Both the position numbers and the translations under genes were made by a program. This document shows, one piece after another, positions 39,857-49,800 of a stretch of 64,000 nt of DNA (positions are counted from its first letter, which is position 1; every line of letters starts with the position of its first letter). Under the pieces are notes generated by a model. That model saw only the letters and a program-made list of their open reading frames with translations. It did no database searches and was not told the origin of the DNA. The stretch comes from Gemmatimonadota bacterium (lineage in GTDB: Bacteria > Gemmatimonadota > Gemmatimonadetes > Gemmatimonadales > GWC2-71-9), in assembly GCA_016713435.1 (NCBI GenBank), contig JADJPD010000029.1, forward strand, positions 4,708 through 68,707. The letters are read 5' to 3'.

Positions 39857-41338
39857 CTAGCCGCCGAACGACCACCCCGCCAGCGACGCCGCATAGAACA
39901 GCGCCAGCGCCAGGTACGCGGCGAAGCTCACGCCGAGGAGGACCGCGAAGCGGAGCGGCGGCCGCGCCCAGGCGGGGACGCGCGGCGGGAGATGCCGGTA
40001 GTTGAGCAGGAAGAGCGCCACCGGGAAGATCACCGTCCCCACGAAGCCGATCACCGCGGACAGCAGGATGAGCGGCCCCGGCGCGTCGAGCGTCATCGTG
40101 ACGCAGGTGATGGCGGTGAGCGCGGCAATGCACCGCCAGTACCACTGCTGGCGGGTGGCGCCCGAGCCGGGGAAGACGGTGCGGAGGATGTCGGCCTGCA
40201 TCCGGCTCACCCCATCCACGGTGGCGAGCCAGGTGTCGGTGAGGAAGAGGGCGGCCACGAGGAGGAACAGCAGCTTGCCGGCCGGGCCCCAGCTCACCTC
40301 GAAGAAGCGCGCCTGCACCACGGCCAGGTCGTAGTCCTGCGGGAGCAGCCCCTTGGGGAACAGCAGGGCCCAGGCCAGCAGGCACGTCATCAGCGTGGTG
40401 AAGAGGTTGCCGATGATGCCGACGAGGGCATCGGCGGTGAGGTAGCGCCGCCAGCGGATCCACGTGGCGTGGCCGTCCGCACTGTCTTCCGGAGTCAGCT
40501 CCCCATGCTCGGACGGTTCCGCGGGCCCGCCGCTCGCGCCGTGGATGTGCGCGCGATAGGTGCCCATGCCCGTGCCCTTCTCGAGCAGCCAGTAGCTGTA
40601 GAGCAGGATCCAGAACCCGCCGAGGCCGGCGAAGGTGATCCCGGTGAGGAGCTTGGTGGCGTCGCCCGGGTCCCAGGGACGGGGCATGGCGCCGCCGGGC
40701 GGTGCCACGATGGCGGGAAGGAACGACGGCAGCGCGTGCAGCACCTCGGGGGAGAGGCAGGCCCATACGAGACCGATGACGGTGACGATGGCCACCACCT
40801 TCATCACCGCCTCGATGAGCCGGTACACCACGCCGGAACTCACCAGCGCCACGGTGAACCCGGCAATGGACGCGTAGCCCCAGAAGAGCGTCTGCCCGCG
40901 CGCGCTCCAGCCGGCGGGGAACCCGGTGAGGGCCGCCAGCGCCGTCCCCCCGGCCGACGCGAAGGCGCCGAACCAGAGGAACGACAGCGTCATCAGCACC
41001 CAGAGGAAGAGGCCGAGGCCTTTCGAGAGGCGGAAGAAGCCGCGGAAGACGCTCTCGCCGGTGAGCAGCGTGTAGCGGCCGATCTCCACGTTGAGCGGGA
41101 ACTGCAGCAGGCAGGCCGGCACCAGCAGGAAGAGGAACGTGAGGCCGTACTTGGCCACCAGGTACGGCCACCACACCAGCTCGCCGCTCCCCTGCGCGAG
41201 CGCCATCCACACGATCCCGGGCCCCAGGGCACGCGCCCAGCCGGGAAAGGCGGGCAGCGGGCGCGCGGTGGCGCGGCCGGGACCCGCGTCAACGGAGGCA
41301 GCAGGCACCGCATGACCTTGGGCGTCGGCAGGCATCAC
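39857..41338 (-). CDS. Nramp-family divalent metal transporter-like membrane protein
   Basis: ALGPGIVWMALAQGSGELVWWPYL is followed by 11-12 TM helices. The start is GTG 41338 or ATG 41335. Confidence 0.65.
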   Translation of the reverse strand: MMPADAQGHAVPAASVDAGPGRATARPLPAFPGWARALGPGIVWMALAQGSGELVWWPYLVAKYGLTFLFLLVPACLLQFPLNVEIGRYTLLTGESVFRGFFRLSKGLGLFLWVLMTLSFLWFGAFASAGGTALAALTGFPAGWSARGQTLFWGYASIAGFTVALVSSGVVYRLIEAVMKVVAIVTVIGLVWACLSPEVLHALPSFLPAIVAPPGGAMPRPWDPGDATKLLTGITFAGLGGFWILLYSYWLLEKGTGMGTYRAHIHGASGGPAEPSEHGELTPEDSADGHATWIRWRRYLTADALVGIIGNLFTTLMTCLLAWALLFPKGLLPQDYDLAVVQARFFEVSWGPAGKLLFLLVAALFLTDTWLATVDGVSRMQADILRTVFPGSGATRQQWYWRCIAALTAITCVTMTLDAPGPLILLSAVIGFVGTVIFPVALFLLNYRHLPPRVPAWARPPLRFAVLLGVSFAAYLALALFYAASLAGWSFGG

Positions 41339-41361
41339 GGCTCCTTCGCCGGGGCGGGGGC

Positions 41362-42234
41362 ATGAGGGATCGCGCGCGGGCGCGCCTCGAGATCCTCGGC
41401 GCGGCCTTCCTCTTCTCCACGGGTGGGGCCGCCATCAAGGCGGCCGACTTCTCGAGCTGGCAGGTGGCGGGTTTCCGCTCCGGCATCGCGGCGGTCGCGG
41501 TCTGGCTGTTCCTTCCCGAGGCGCGTCGCCTGCGCCAGGGGCGGCTCGGCGTCACCCTGGCGACGGCCATGGCCTACGCGGCGACGCTCATCCTCTTTGT
41601 GCTGGCCAACCGGCTCACCACGGCGGCCAACACCATCTTCCTCCAATCCACGGCGCCCGTCTACATCCTGCTGCTGGCCCCCTGGCTCCTGAAGGAGCAT
41701 GTGCGCCGGCAGGACCTGATGTTCATGGGGCTCATCGCGGTGGGGATGGCCTGCTTCTTCGCGGGGCGGCAGCAGGTGTTCGCCACGGCGCCGGACCCGG
41801 TGCGCGGGAATATCCTCGCGCTCTGCTCCGGTGTCACCTACGCGGCCATGCTGCTCGGCCTGCGCCACATGGGGACCCAGGGCGGGAGCCCGGCTGCGGC
41901 GGTGGCGCTGGGCAACCTGCTGGCGTTCCTGCTCGCCGCCCCGCAGGCGTTCCCCCTGGGCAGCCACAGTGGGGTGAGCTGGGCCGTGGTGTCCTACCTC
42001 GGGATCTTCCAGATTGGCCTGGCCTACGCGCTCCTCACGCGCGGCATCCCGCACGTCCCCACCTTCGAGGCCAGCCTGCTCCTGTTCCTCGAGCCGGCCC
42101 TCAATCCGCTGATCGCCTGGTTCGTGCACGGCGAGTTCCCCGGCCCGTGGGCCCTCACCGGCGGGGCCATCATCCTGGCCGCCACCGGCTTCAAGGGGTG
42201 GACCGACTCTCGCGCCACGCCCCACCCCACATAG
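41362..42234 (+). CDS. EamA/DMT-superfamily transporter
   Basis: It has ten TM helices in two EamA halves (LGAAFLFSTGGAAIK.., ..LFLEPALNPLIAWF). Confidence 0.75.
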   Translation: MRDRARARLEILGAAFLFSTGGAAIKAADFSSWQVAGFRSGIAAVAVWLFLPEARRLRQGRLGVTLATAMAYAATLILFVLANRLTTAANTIFLQSTAPVYILLLAPWLLKEHVRRQDLMFMGLIAVGMACFFAGRQQVFATAPDPVRGNILALCSGVTYAAMLLGLRHMGTQGGSPAAAVALGNLLAFLLAAPQAFPLGSHSGVSWAVVSYLGIFQIGLAYALLTRGIPHVPTFEASLLLFLEPALNPLIAWFVHGEFPGPWALTGGAIILAATGFKGWTDSRATPHPT

Positions 42235-42256
42235 CTCCGGATCCCGGAGACGGCAA

Positions 42257-42290
42257 CACCAGAGGGAGCCCGGTCCGGCTCCCTCTGGTG
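42257..42290. terminator. Bidirectional terminator-like hairpin
   Basis: CACCAGAGGGAGCC-CGGTCC-GGCTCCCTCTGGTG forms a 14-bp stem. It is followed by CTTTCCCCC and lies between convergent genes. Confidence 0.6.
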
Positions 42291-42334
42291 CTTTCCCCCA
42301 TCGCGCCCTGCGGTGCGCCGCGCGCCGGCCCCGC

Positions 42335-43675
42335 TCAGTCGATCGGCAGCCAGCTCGGGACCGACGCCGGGACTTCGTTGGAGAGATCCGCGGCCGCAGG
42401 GTCGGTGAGCGCGCCGAGGAACGCCACGATGTCGTCCACGTCCGCGTCGTTGATGGTGAGCGGGGTGGCCACGAACTGGTCCAGCGTGGCGAGGATGTCG
42501 GTGACGTCCTGCGGCGTACTCCGCACGGTGGCCTGGAGCGCGGCGGGCAACTGGGTGACATCGTAGCCGGCCAGCGCCTGCTGCACGTTGACGTAGTGCT
42601 TGACCGCGGCACGGAGCGTGGCGTAGGCGCCGTTGTGCATGTAGGGCGCGGTGAGCGTCACGTTCCGCAGCGGCGGCGTCCGGAACGCGTAGCGCTCGCT
42701 CGGCGTCCCGGTGACGTTCTCGCGCCCGTGGTCCACCCCCGGCCCGTTGGTGCCCGGCCCGAACTGCGGGATGGCGATGTTGTGGAACTTCTGGTCGGTG
42801 AAGAGCGGGCCGCCGTGGCACTTGGCGCAGTTGGCCGTGCCGTAGAAGAGGATGGCGCCGCGCTTCTCCTGGTCGGTGAGCGCATCCTTGTTGCCGGCCA
42901 GGTACTCATCGAACGGCGTGTTGACCCGCGTCCACGCCTTGATCTCGAACGCCGCGATGGCGTTGGCCACGTGGGCGATGGTGGCGCCGTGCACCGACAG
43001 GCCGTAGGCCGCCGTGAAGAGCGTGTCGTACTTCGGGATGGCGCGGAGGCGGGTCATGATCCCGTCCCAGATCCCCGTGAAGTTGGTGTCGGCCAGGTCG
43101 GCCAGTTCGTTCTGGCCGGGCGCGCCGCGCATCTCGTCGCGGCTCGTGATCGGGAAGAGCGCCTGCGCCGCCAGCACGCTCGAGAGGCCGGGCGGGGTCT
43201 GGGCCCCGGCGGGGGTGGTGAACCCCTGCTGCACCGAGCCGCCGACGCGCGCGTCCCAGAACATGGTGCCCCACGCCGGGTAGCCACGGTTGAAGACGTC
43301 CGGCGCGTGCCGTGGGATGTCCACGCCGCCGCCGCCCCGCGTGGGCCCGCGCCCCGCCGCCCCCTGGCCCAACGAGAGCGTCCGGTGGTCCGTGGTGCTC
43401 TCCAGCGGGTGGTGGCAGGTGGCGCACGACATGTCGCGGTTCCCGCCCAGCTCCTTGTCGAACATGAGCGCCTGCCCCAGCGCGAACATCTCCGCCGACG
43501 GCATGTTCAGCGGGGGCAGCGGCGCCACGTTGGCGGCCTGCAGCAGCGGCGCCAGGTCGTCGTCGAGGCTCGGGGTGCCGCCGGTCTTGGAGTCGGCGGA
43601 ACACGCCACGATGAGCCCGAGGAGGGGAAGCAGGCGGAACGCGCGGGGCATCAGGGCGGCTCGGGTTGGGGTCAT
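42335..43675 (-). CDS. Di-haem cytochrome c peroxidase (CCP/MauG family) lipoprotein
   Basis: Two CxxCH sites are present (CATCHH, CAKCHG), along with FRTPPLRNVTLTAPYMHNG and the lipobox LGLIVAC. An alternative start lies at 43651. Confidence 0.85.
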   Translation of the reverse strand: MTPTRAALMPRAFRLLPLLGLIVACSADSKTGGTPSLDDDLAPLLQAANVAPLPPLNMPSAEMFALGQALMFDKELGGNRDMSCATCHHPLESTTDHRTLSLGQGAAGRGPTRGGGGVDIPRHAPDVFNRGYPAWGTMFWDARVGGSVQQGFTTPAGAQTPPGLSSVLAAQALFPITSRDEMRGAPGQNELADLADTNFTGIWDGIMTRLRAIPKYDTLFTAAYGLSVHGATIAHVANAIAAFEIKAWTRVNTPFDEYLAGNKDALTDQEKRGAILFYGTANCAKCHGGPLFTDQKFHNIAIPQFGPGTNGPGVDHGRENVTGTPSERYAFRTPPLRNVTLTAPYMHNGAYATLRAAVKHYVNVQQALAGYDVTQLPAALQATVRSTPQDVTDILATLDQFVATPLTINDADVDDIVAFLGALTDPAAADLSNEVPASVPSWLPID

Positions 43676-43688
43676 ATATCTTCGAAGA

Positions 43689-44333
43689 ATGTCGGGGAAG
43701 ACGCCAGTCCTTGTCGAATCTGTGCGGGTCCGGGACGGCCGGGCCCCGCTCTGGCACCTGCACGTGCGCCGGCTGGCGCTGAGCTGCGAGGCGCTCAGCA
43801 TCCCGTTCCCCCGGGCGCTGCTGGTTCCCAGTGACGGTGAAGACCGGGTCCACCGTCTCACCGTGTCGCTCGGGGGGGCGGAGGTGACCACCCGTCCCGT
43901 CGGCCCGGTGGCCCCGGTGCGGCTGGTCTCGAGCGCGGTGGTGCACGAGCCGTACCCCCACAAGCTCACCGACCGGTCGCCGTTCGAGCGGGCACAGGCC
44001 GCCGCCCGCACCGCCGGGGCCGATGACGCAATCCTTTATACCGCAGCAGGTTCCGTTGCCGAGTCGGGAATCTGGTGCCTGTTCTGGTGGGAGCCGGCGG
44101 GCCCGGCAGCCCCGGCCCTGGACCTCGGCATCCTGCCCGGGGTGTCGCGTGCGCGCATAACCGAGCTCGCCGGCGGGGTTGCCGAGCGCCGCGTGGACCG
44201 GGCGGGCCTCCGGGGGCGTTCGCTGTTCGTGGCCAACGCGGTGCGGGGCATCGTGGCGGTGGCCGCGCTCGACGGGGAAATGGTCCCGCCGGACCCCCGG
44301 ACGGAGGCGCTGGCGGCACGGTTCTGGCCTTGA
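43689..44333 (+). CDS. Class-IV aminotransferase fold protein, short form (aminodeoxychorismate-lyase-like)
   Basis: The protein is 214 aa and contains HKLTDRSPFERA, GADDAILY, ILPGVSRARI and FVANAVRGIVAV. Confidence 0.6.
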   Translation: MSGKTPVLVESVRVRDGRAPLWHLHVRRLALSCEALSIPFPRALLVPSDGEDRVHRLTVSLGGAEVTTRPVGPVAPVRLVSSAVVHEPYPHKLTDRSPFERAQAAARTAGADDAILYTAAGSVAESGIWCLFWWEPAGPAAPALDLGILPGVSRARITELAGGVAERRVDRAGLRGRSLFVANAVRGIVAVAALDGEMVPPDPRTEALAARFWP

Positions 44334-44394
44334 CCGACCCGGGGGCGGTCACTAGGTTCCCCCGGCTCTTGGAGGCGGCGGGTAACCGCCCCGT

Positions 44395-44469
44395 GGTGGT
44401 TGTAGCTCAATCGGTTAGAGCGCCGGACTGTGGCTCCGGAGGTTGCGGGTTCGATCCCCGTCAGCCACC
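44395..44469 (+). tRNA. tRNA-His (GTG) with encoded G-1
   Basis: Cloverleaf folded by hand: acceptor GTGGTTG/CAGCCAC, anticodon stem CCGGA/TCCGG, loop CTGTGGC. There is an extra 5' G. CCA is not encoded. Confidence 0.85.
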
Positions 44470-44485
44470 CTACATGACGGTCCGT

Positions 44486-44558
44486 AGGTCCGTAGCTCAA
44501 TTGGTAGAGCACCGGTCTCCAAAACCGGGGGTTGGGGGTTCGATTCCCTCCGGGCCTG
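44486..44558 (+). tRNA. tRNA-Trp (CCA)
   Basis: Acceptor AGGTCCG/CGGGCCT, anticodon loop CTCCAAA, T-loop TTCGATT. Confidence 0.85.
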
Positions 44559-44583
44559 CTCTGGAAGGTCGCTGGAAACGTAC

Positions 44584-44656
<73 letters not shown>

Positions 44657-44674
44657 TTGGGGTGGCCCCCCATC

Positions 44675-44746
44675 GGCCCCATCGTCTATCGGTTAGGACG
44701 CGACCCTTTCAAGGTTGAAAGACGGGTTCGATTCCCGTTGGGGCTA
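44675..44746 (+). tRNA. tRNA-Glu (TTC)
   Basis: Acceptor GGCCCCA/TGGGGCT, anticodon stem CGACC/GGTTG, loop CTTTCAA. Confidence 0.85.
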
Positions 44747-44784
44747 CCTGATCGGTTCGGCGCACGACAGTGCGCAGCGGGCAC

Positions 44785-44857
44785 GCGCCGCTAGCTCAAT
44801 TGGCAGAGCAAGTGACTCTTAATCACTAGGTTGTAGGTTCGATTCCTACGCGGCGCA
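44785..44857 (+). tRNA. tRNA-Lys (CTT)
   Basis: Acceptor GCGCCGC/GCGGCGC, anticodon stem AGTGA/TCACT, loop CTCTTAA. Confidence 0.85.
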
Positions 44858-44866
44858 CTCAGCAGA

Positions 44867-44898
44867 CGGCCCCGGCACTCCTCCGAGTGCCGGGGCCG
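44867..44898. terminator. Hairpin terminator after the tRNA cluster (also faces the convergent kinase gene)
   Basis: CGGCCCCGGCACTC-CTCC-GAGTGCCGGGGCCG forms a 14-bp stem. It is followed by TGTTCGTTCC. Confidence 0.65.
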
Positions 44899-44923
44899 TG
44901 TTCGTTCCTCGCACCCGCCCCGC

Positions 44924-46624
44924 TCAGTCAGCCGAGACGATGCCCCGCAGCCGGTCCACCCAGGTGGGCTCCGGCGCCGTCACCAGCGCCGCCCGCCAGG
45001 CGCGCAGGAACTCGCCGGCATCGGCGAAGCGCGCCTCGGCGTCGGGCGCGAGCGCGCGGGTAAGGACGCGCGCCACCGGCGGGGCGACGTCAGGCAGTGA
45101 TGGCGCCGCCTCCCGCTGCCGCCGGAGCACGTGCTCCACGGTGCCGCCGCCGAAGGGCGCCCAGCCGGTGAGCGCGTACGCCGCGAGCGCGGCCGCGCCG
45201 TAGAGGTCGGTGCGCTCGTCCACCGGGCGGCCCTCCACCTGCTCGGGCGGGGCGAAGCCGGGCGTCCCCGCGTGTGCCCGCCCGCCGTGCACCCCCGCGA
45301 TGCCGAAGTCGCTGAGCCGCCAGTAGCGCCAGCGGTCGATCAGCACGTTCTCCGGCTTGAGGTCCAGGTGGAGCACGCCGGCCCGGTGTGCCGCCTGCAG
45401 CCCCTCCAGCAGCTGCGCGAACTGGCTCCCCACCTCCTCGATGGGCCGGGCCCCGTGGCGCGCCACCAGCGTGGCCAGGCTCCCCGATTCCGCCAGTTCC
45501 ATGGTGTACCAGACGATGCCGCTGCGGGTGTCCCAGTCGTGCACCGGGATGATGGCGGGGTGCTGCAGCCGCGCCGCCATGCTCGCCTCGTGCCGGAACC
45601 GCGCGATGGCCCGCGGGTCCCGCGCCCGCTCCGCGTGCAGCAGCTTGAGCGCCACGTCCCGCTCGAGCGCGACGTCCCGCACCCGCCACACGGTGCCGGC
45701 GCCGCCCTCGCCGAGCGGGGCCAGCACCTGGTAGTCCGCCCCCACCAGCGCCTGCAGCCCCTCCGCCGTGGTGGGCACGATGCCCGGCTCCACCGCCCGG
45801 ACGGGCACCGCCGCGGGGGCCTGGTCGGCCCGCTCGAGGGCGCGCAGGAACGCCGGCAGGGTGGGGAAGCGCGCCTCGCGCACCGGCGAGAGCGCCTGCG
45901 CAAAGACCGCCTGCGCCCCCGGCCCGAGCGGCAGGTGGGCCGCCGTCTCGGCGCCCACGGTGCCGGCGGGGAGGCCGGTGAGCGCCGCCACCAGCGTGCA
46001 GGCCAGCTGCCACTGGTCCGACAGCGCATCCGGCTGCCATCCCGTGGCCCACTCCGGCGCCCACGGGATGCTGCCCCGCTCCGGGGCGAGCCCCGCCGGG
46101 ATCACCGCCCGCGGCAGCGCCCAGTGCCAGCCTAACAACCACACCCGCCCGCCCGGCGCCTGCCACAAGAGCTCGGGCCCGATGGCGCCGTGGCAGTCGC
46201 CCCGGTCGTGGAGCGAGGCCACGGTGCTGCCGAGCTGGCGCAGCACGTCGAGTGCGAGCACGGGCTGCAGGGCGCCGTCGCGCGCCAGCCGGGGGGCCAG
46301 CGCCTCGCCCGCGATCCAGCGGCGCAGGTAGCCGGGGCCTCGCACCACGTTGCGGCTGCGGGCCCAGAAGTGATACGCGGTGGGAGCGCTGACGGCGTTG
46401 CGATGCGCCAGCGCGCGGGCCTCCGCCGTGAGCCACTCCGCGTGCGCCGGGTCGGGGGCGGTCACCAGGGAGAGCGACCGGCCCAGGGCATCAACCACTT
46501 CCTGGCTGTGCCGCCAGCGGTCGAGCCACACGCCTTCATGCCCCCAGCCCCACTGGCTGGGCAGCTTCCAGTCCACGAGGTGGGCCGGAAGGCTGGCGGG
46601 ATTGGGGGCAGGGGTTGCGCTCAT
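44924..46624 (-). CDS. Tandem pseudokinase - Ser/Thr protein kinase (Hanks type)
   Basis: The C-terminal half has GEGGAGTVWRV, VALKLL, HRAGVLHLDLKPENVLI, SDFGIAG and APPE. The N-terminal half is kinase-like but degenerate (HDRGDCHGAIGPELLW, with no Gly-loop or VAIK). ATG 46624. Confidence 0.8.
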   Translation of the reverse strand: MSATPAPNPASLPAHLVDWKLPSQWGWGHEGVWLDRWRHSQEVVDALGRSLSLVTAPDPAHAEWLTAEARALAHRNAVSAPTAYHFWARSRNVVRGPGYLRRWIAGEALAPRLARDGALQPVLALDVLRQLGSTVASLHDRGDCHGAIGPELLWQAPGGRVWLLGWHWALPRAVIPAGLAPERGSIPWAPEWATGWQPDALSDQWQLACTLVAALTGLPAGTVGAETAAHLPLGPGAQAVFAQALSPVREARFPTLPAFLRALERADQAPAAVPVRAVEPGIVPTTAEGLQALVGADYQVLAPLGEGGAGTVWRVRDVALERDVALKLLHAERARDPRAIARFRHEASMAARLQHPAIIPVHDWDTRSGIVWYTMELAESGSLATLVARHGARPIEEVGSQFAQLLEGLQAAHRAGVLHLDLKPENVLIDRWRYWRLSDFGIAGVHGGRAHAGTPGFAPPEQVEGRPVDERTDLYGAAALAAYALTGWAPFGGGTVEHVLRRQREAAPSLPDVAPPVARVLTRALAPDAEARFADAGEFLRAWRAALVTAPEPTWVDRLRGIVSAD

Positions 46625-46850
46625 GGGCCGGAAGTCGATGTGAGGACTGCTCAAAGTATCGGGGGGCCGGGTCCGGACCCAAGCCCCGGGCGGCGGCCCG
46701 GTTCTCTTCCTCCCCGGCTGGGAAGGGTGGTATCCCCCCAACGTCATACTCCGGGGCATGGAACTTGTTACTTGTGCCCCAAATCACCCCCGCCGAGGCC
46801 CCAAGTCTCGGCGCCACCGTACCATGCGCCTCTTGAGACCGGGACCCGCC

Positions 46851-49800
46851 ATGCGGAATACCCTGCGTTTTGCCATCCTCGCCGCCCTCTTCGTTTCGGC
46901 TGCCTGTGGGGGCGGGGACAGCTCCGGGCCCTCCGACCCGGTCCCGACCTCCCTCGCCATCTCCGGCGGGAACAACCAGACGGCGACGGTGGGGACGGCG
47001 GTGGCGGTGGCGCCGGCGGTCCTGGTGAAGGACCAGCGCGGCAACGGCATCCCAGGCATCACGGTCACCTTCCAGGTGGCGAGCGGGGGCGGCGCCGTCA
47101 CCGGCGCCCAGGCCACCACGGACCAGGGCGGCGTGGCACGGGTGGGCAGCTGGGTCCTCGGGACCGCCACCGGCGCCAACACGCTGAACGCGGCGGTCAC
47201 CGGCCTCACGGCGGTCACCTTCACGGCCACGGCAACGCCGGGCGCCCCGGCTGCCCTCTTCTTCGTGACCCCGCCGTCCGGAACCGCCAGCAGCGGCACC
47301 GCCTTCGCCCAGCAGCCTGTCCTCCAGCTCAAGGACGTCTTCGGCAACAACGCCACGACGGCCGGCGTGCAGGTCACCGCCGCCATCGCCACCGGCGGCG
47401 GCACGCTGCTCGGCACGGCGACGGTGGCCTCGAACGCCAGCGGCGTGGTGACCTTCACCGGCCTCGGCCTCACCGGCGCCGTGGGCGCGCGGACCCTGAG
47501 CTTCACGGCCACCGGCCTGCCCGCGCTCACCTCGGGTGCCATCCAGCTCGGCGCGGGCGCGGCTGCCTCCGTGGCGGCGGTGGGAGCACCACCTTGACGG
47601 GCGTGGCGGGCGGCGCGGCGCAGGGCGGGGCCACCGTGCTCGTCAGTGACGCCAGCGCCAACCCGGTGGCGGGGGCTACCGTCACGTTCGCGATCACGGC
47701 GGGGGGCGGCTCGGTCACCGGCGGCACGGCCACCACCGATGCGCAGGGCCACGCCAGCGTCGGGTCCTGGACGCTCGGGACCGTGGCCGGCCAGGTGAAC
47801 ACCATGACGGCGACGGTGGGCACCCTCCCCGCCGTCAGCTTCACCGCCACCCCGACGGCCGCGGCCGCCGGCGCCCTTTCCATTACCACCCAGCCGGGCG
47901 GCACCACCGCGACGAGCGGCGCCCCGCTGGCGCCCCAGCCGGTGCTGCAGGTGACCGATGCCTTCGGGAACGCCGTGGCGCAGGCGGGCGTGAACGTCAC
48001 CGCCAGCCTCGCGAGCGGCGGCGGCACCCTCGGTGGCACCACCACCGTGGCGTCCGGCGCGGGGGGTGGCGTCACCTTCACCGACCTGGCCGTCACCGGC
48101 GCCGCCGGGGCCCGGACGCTGGCCTTCAGTGCGGCCGGGCTCACCGGCGCCACCTCCGCCAGCTTCACGCTCGGCGCGGGCGCCGCCACGACGATCGCGC
48201 TCAACGGGGGCAACAACCAGTCGGCCGCGGTGAACACCGCGGTGGCGGTGGCGCCGAGCGTCCTGGTCACGGACGCGAGCGGCAACCCCGTGAGCGGGGT
48301 GAGCGTCACCTTCGCCGTCACGGGCGGGGGCGGGGCGCTGACCGGCGCCGCGGCCACCACCAACGCGAGCGGCATCGCCGCCGTGGGGAGCTGGACGCTC
48401 GGCACCAGCGCGGGCGCCAACACCCTCACGGCCACCAGCGCGGGCCTCGCCGGCTCGCCCGTCAGCTTCACGGCCACCGCCACGGCGGCCGGCGGTGCCA
48501 GCATCGTCGCCAACGCGGGCAACGCGCAGGTGGCCACCGTCAACACCGCGGTGGCGACGGCGCCGAGCGTCTTCGTGGCCGATGCCTTCGGCAACCCGGC
48601 CCCCGGCGTGAGCGTCACCTTCGCCGTGGCCACCGGTGGCGGCAGCGTCACCGGCGCCGCGGCCACCACCAACGCCAGCGGCATCGCCACCGTGGGGAGC
48701 TGGACGCTCGGCACGGCGGCGGGAGCCAACTCGCTCACGGCCACGGCGGCGGGCCTCACCGGCTCGCCCGTCACCTTCACGGCCACGGGCGCGGCCGGCA
48801 TCGCCAGCACCATCGCGGTCTCCGCGGGCAACGGGCAGTCGGCCACCGTGGGCAGCGCGGTGGCCACGGCCCCGCGGGTGCTGGTGGCCGACGCGTTCGG
48901 CAACCCGAAGAGCGGCGTCAGCGTCACCTTCGCGGTGGCCACCGGCGGCGGCAGCGCCACCGGGAGCAGTGCCACCACCAACGCCAGCGGCCTCGCGTCC
49001 GTGGGCAGCTGGACGCTCGGCACGGCCACGGGCAGCAACACGCTGACCGCCACGAGCGCGGGCCTCACCGGCTCGCCCCTCACGTTCACGGCGTCGGGCA
49101 CGGCGGCCGCCGCGGCGACCATCGCCCTCAACGCGGGCAACGGGCAGAGTGCCACCTCCGGCACCGCGGTCGCCGTCGCGCCCAGCGTACTGGTCAGCGA
49201 CGCGTTCGGGAACCCGGTGAGCGGCGCCAGTGTCACCTTCGCCGTCGCCACGGGCGGTGGAAGCGTCACCGGCGGCAGCGCCACGAGCAACGGCAGCGGC
49301 ATCGCCACGGTGGGCAGCTGGACCCTGGGCTCCGGTGCCGGCAGCAACACGCTCACGGCCACGAGCGCCGGCCTCGCCGGCTCGCCCGTCACCTTCACGG
49401 CCACCGCCACGGCGGCCTCGGCCACCGCCCTGGCGCTCACCACCCAGCCCTCCGGCTCGGCGGGGAGCGGGGTGGCGTTCGTGCAGCAGCCGGTGGTCCA
49501 GCTCCGCGACGGCTTCGGCAACGCCGTGGCGCAGGCGGGCGTGACCGTCACCGCGAGCATCGCGACGGGCGGCGGCAGCCTCGGCGGCACCGCCGCCGTG
49601 GCCACCGACGCGCAGGGCCAGGCCGCGTTCACCAACCTGAGCATCACGGGCACCGCCGGCTCGCGCACGCTGGCGTTCAGCGCCGCCGGCCTCGCCGGCG
49701 CCACCTCGGGGCCCATCACCATCACGGCGGGCGCCGCGGCGACGATCGCGGTGAACGCGGGCAACAACCAGAGCGCCACGGTCAACAGCGCCGTGGCGGT

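Noticed and set aside
46190-46850. First ~220 codons of the 3299-aa ORF
   Set aside because: They are antisense to the kinase gene and its promoter region. The lipoprotein signal peptide and start lie at 46851 in a different frame, joined by one frameshift.
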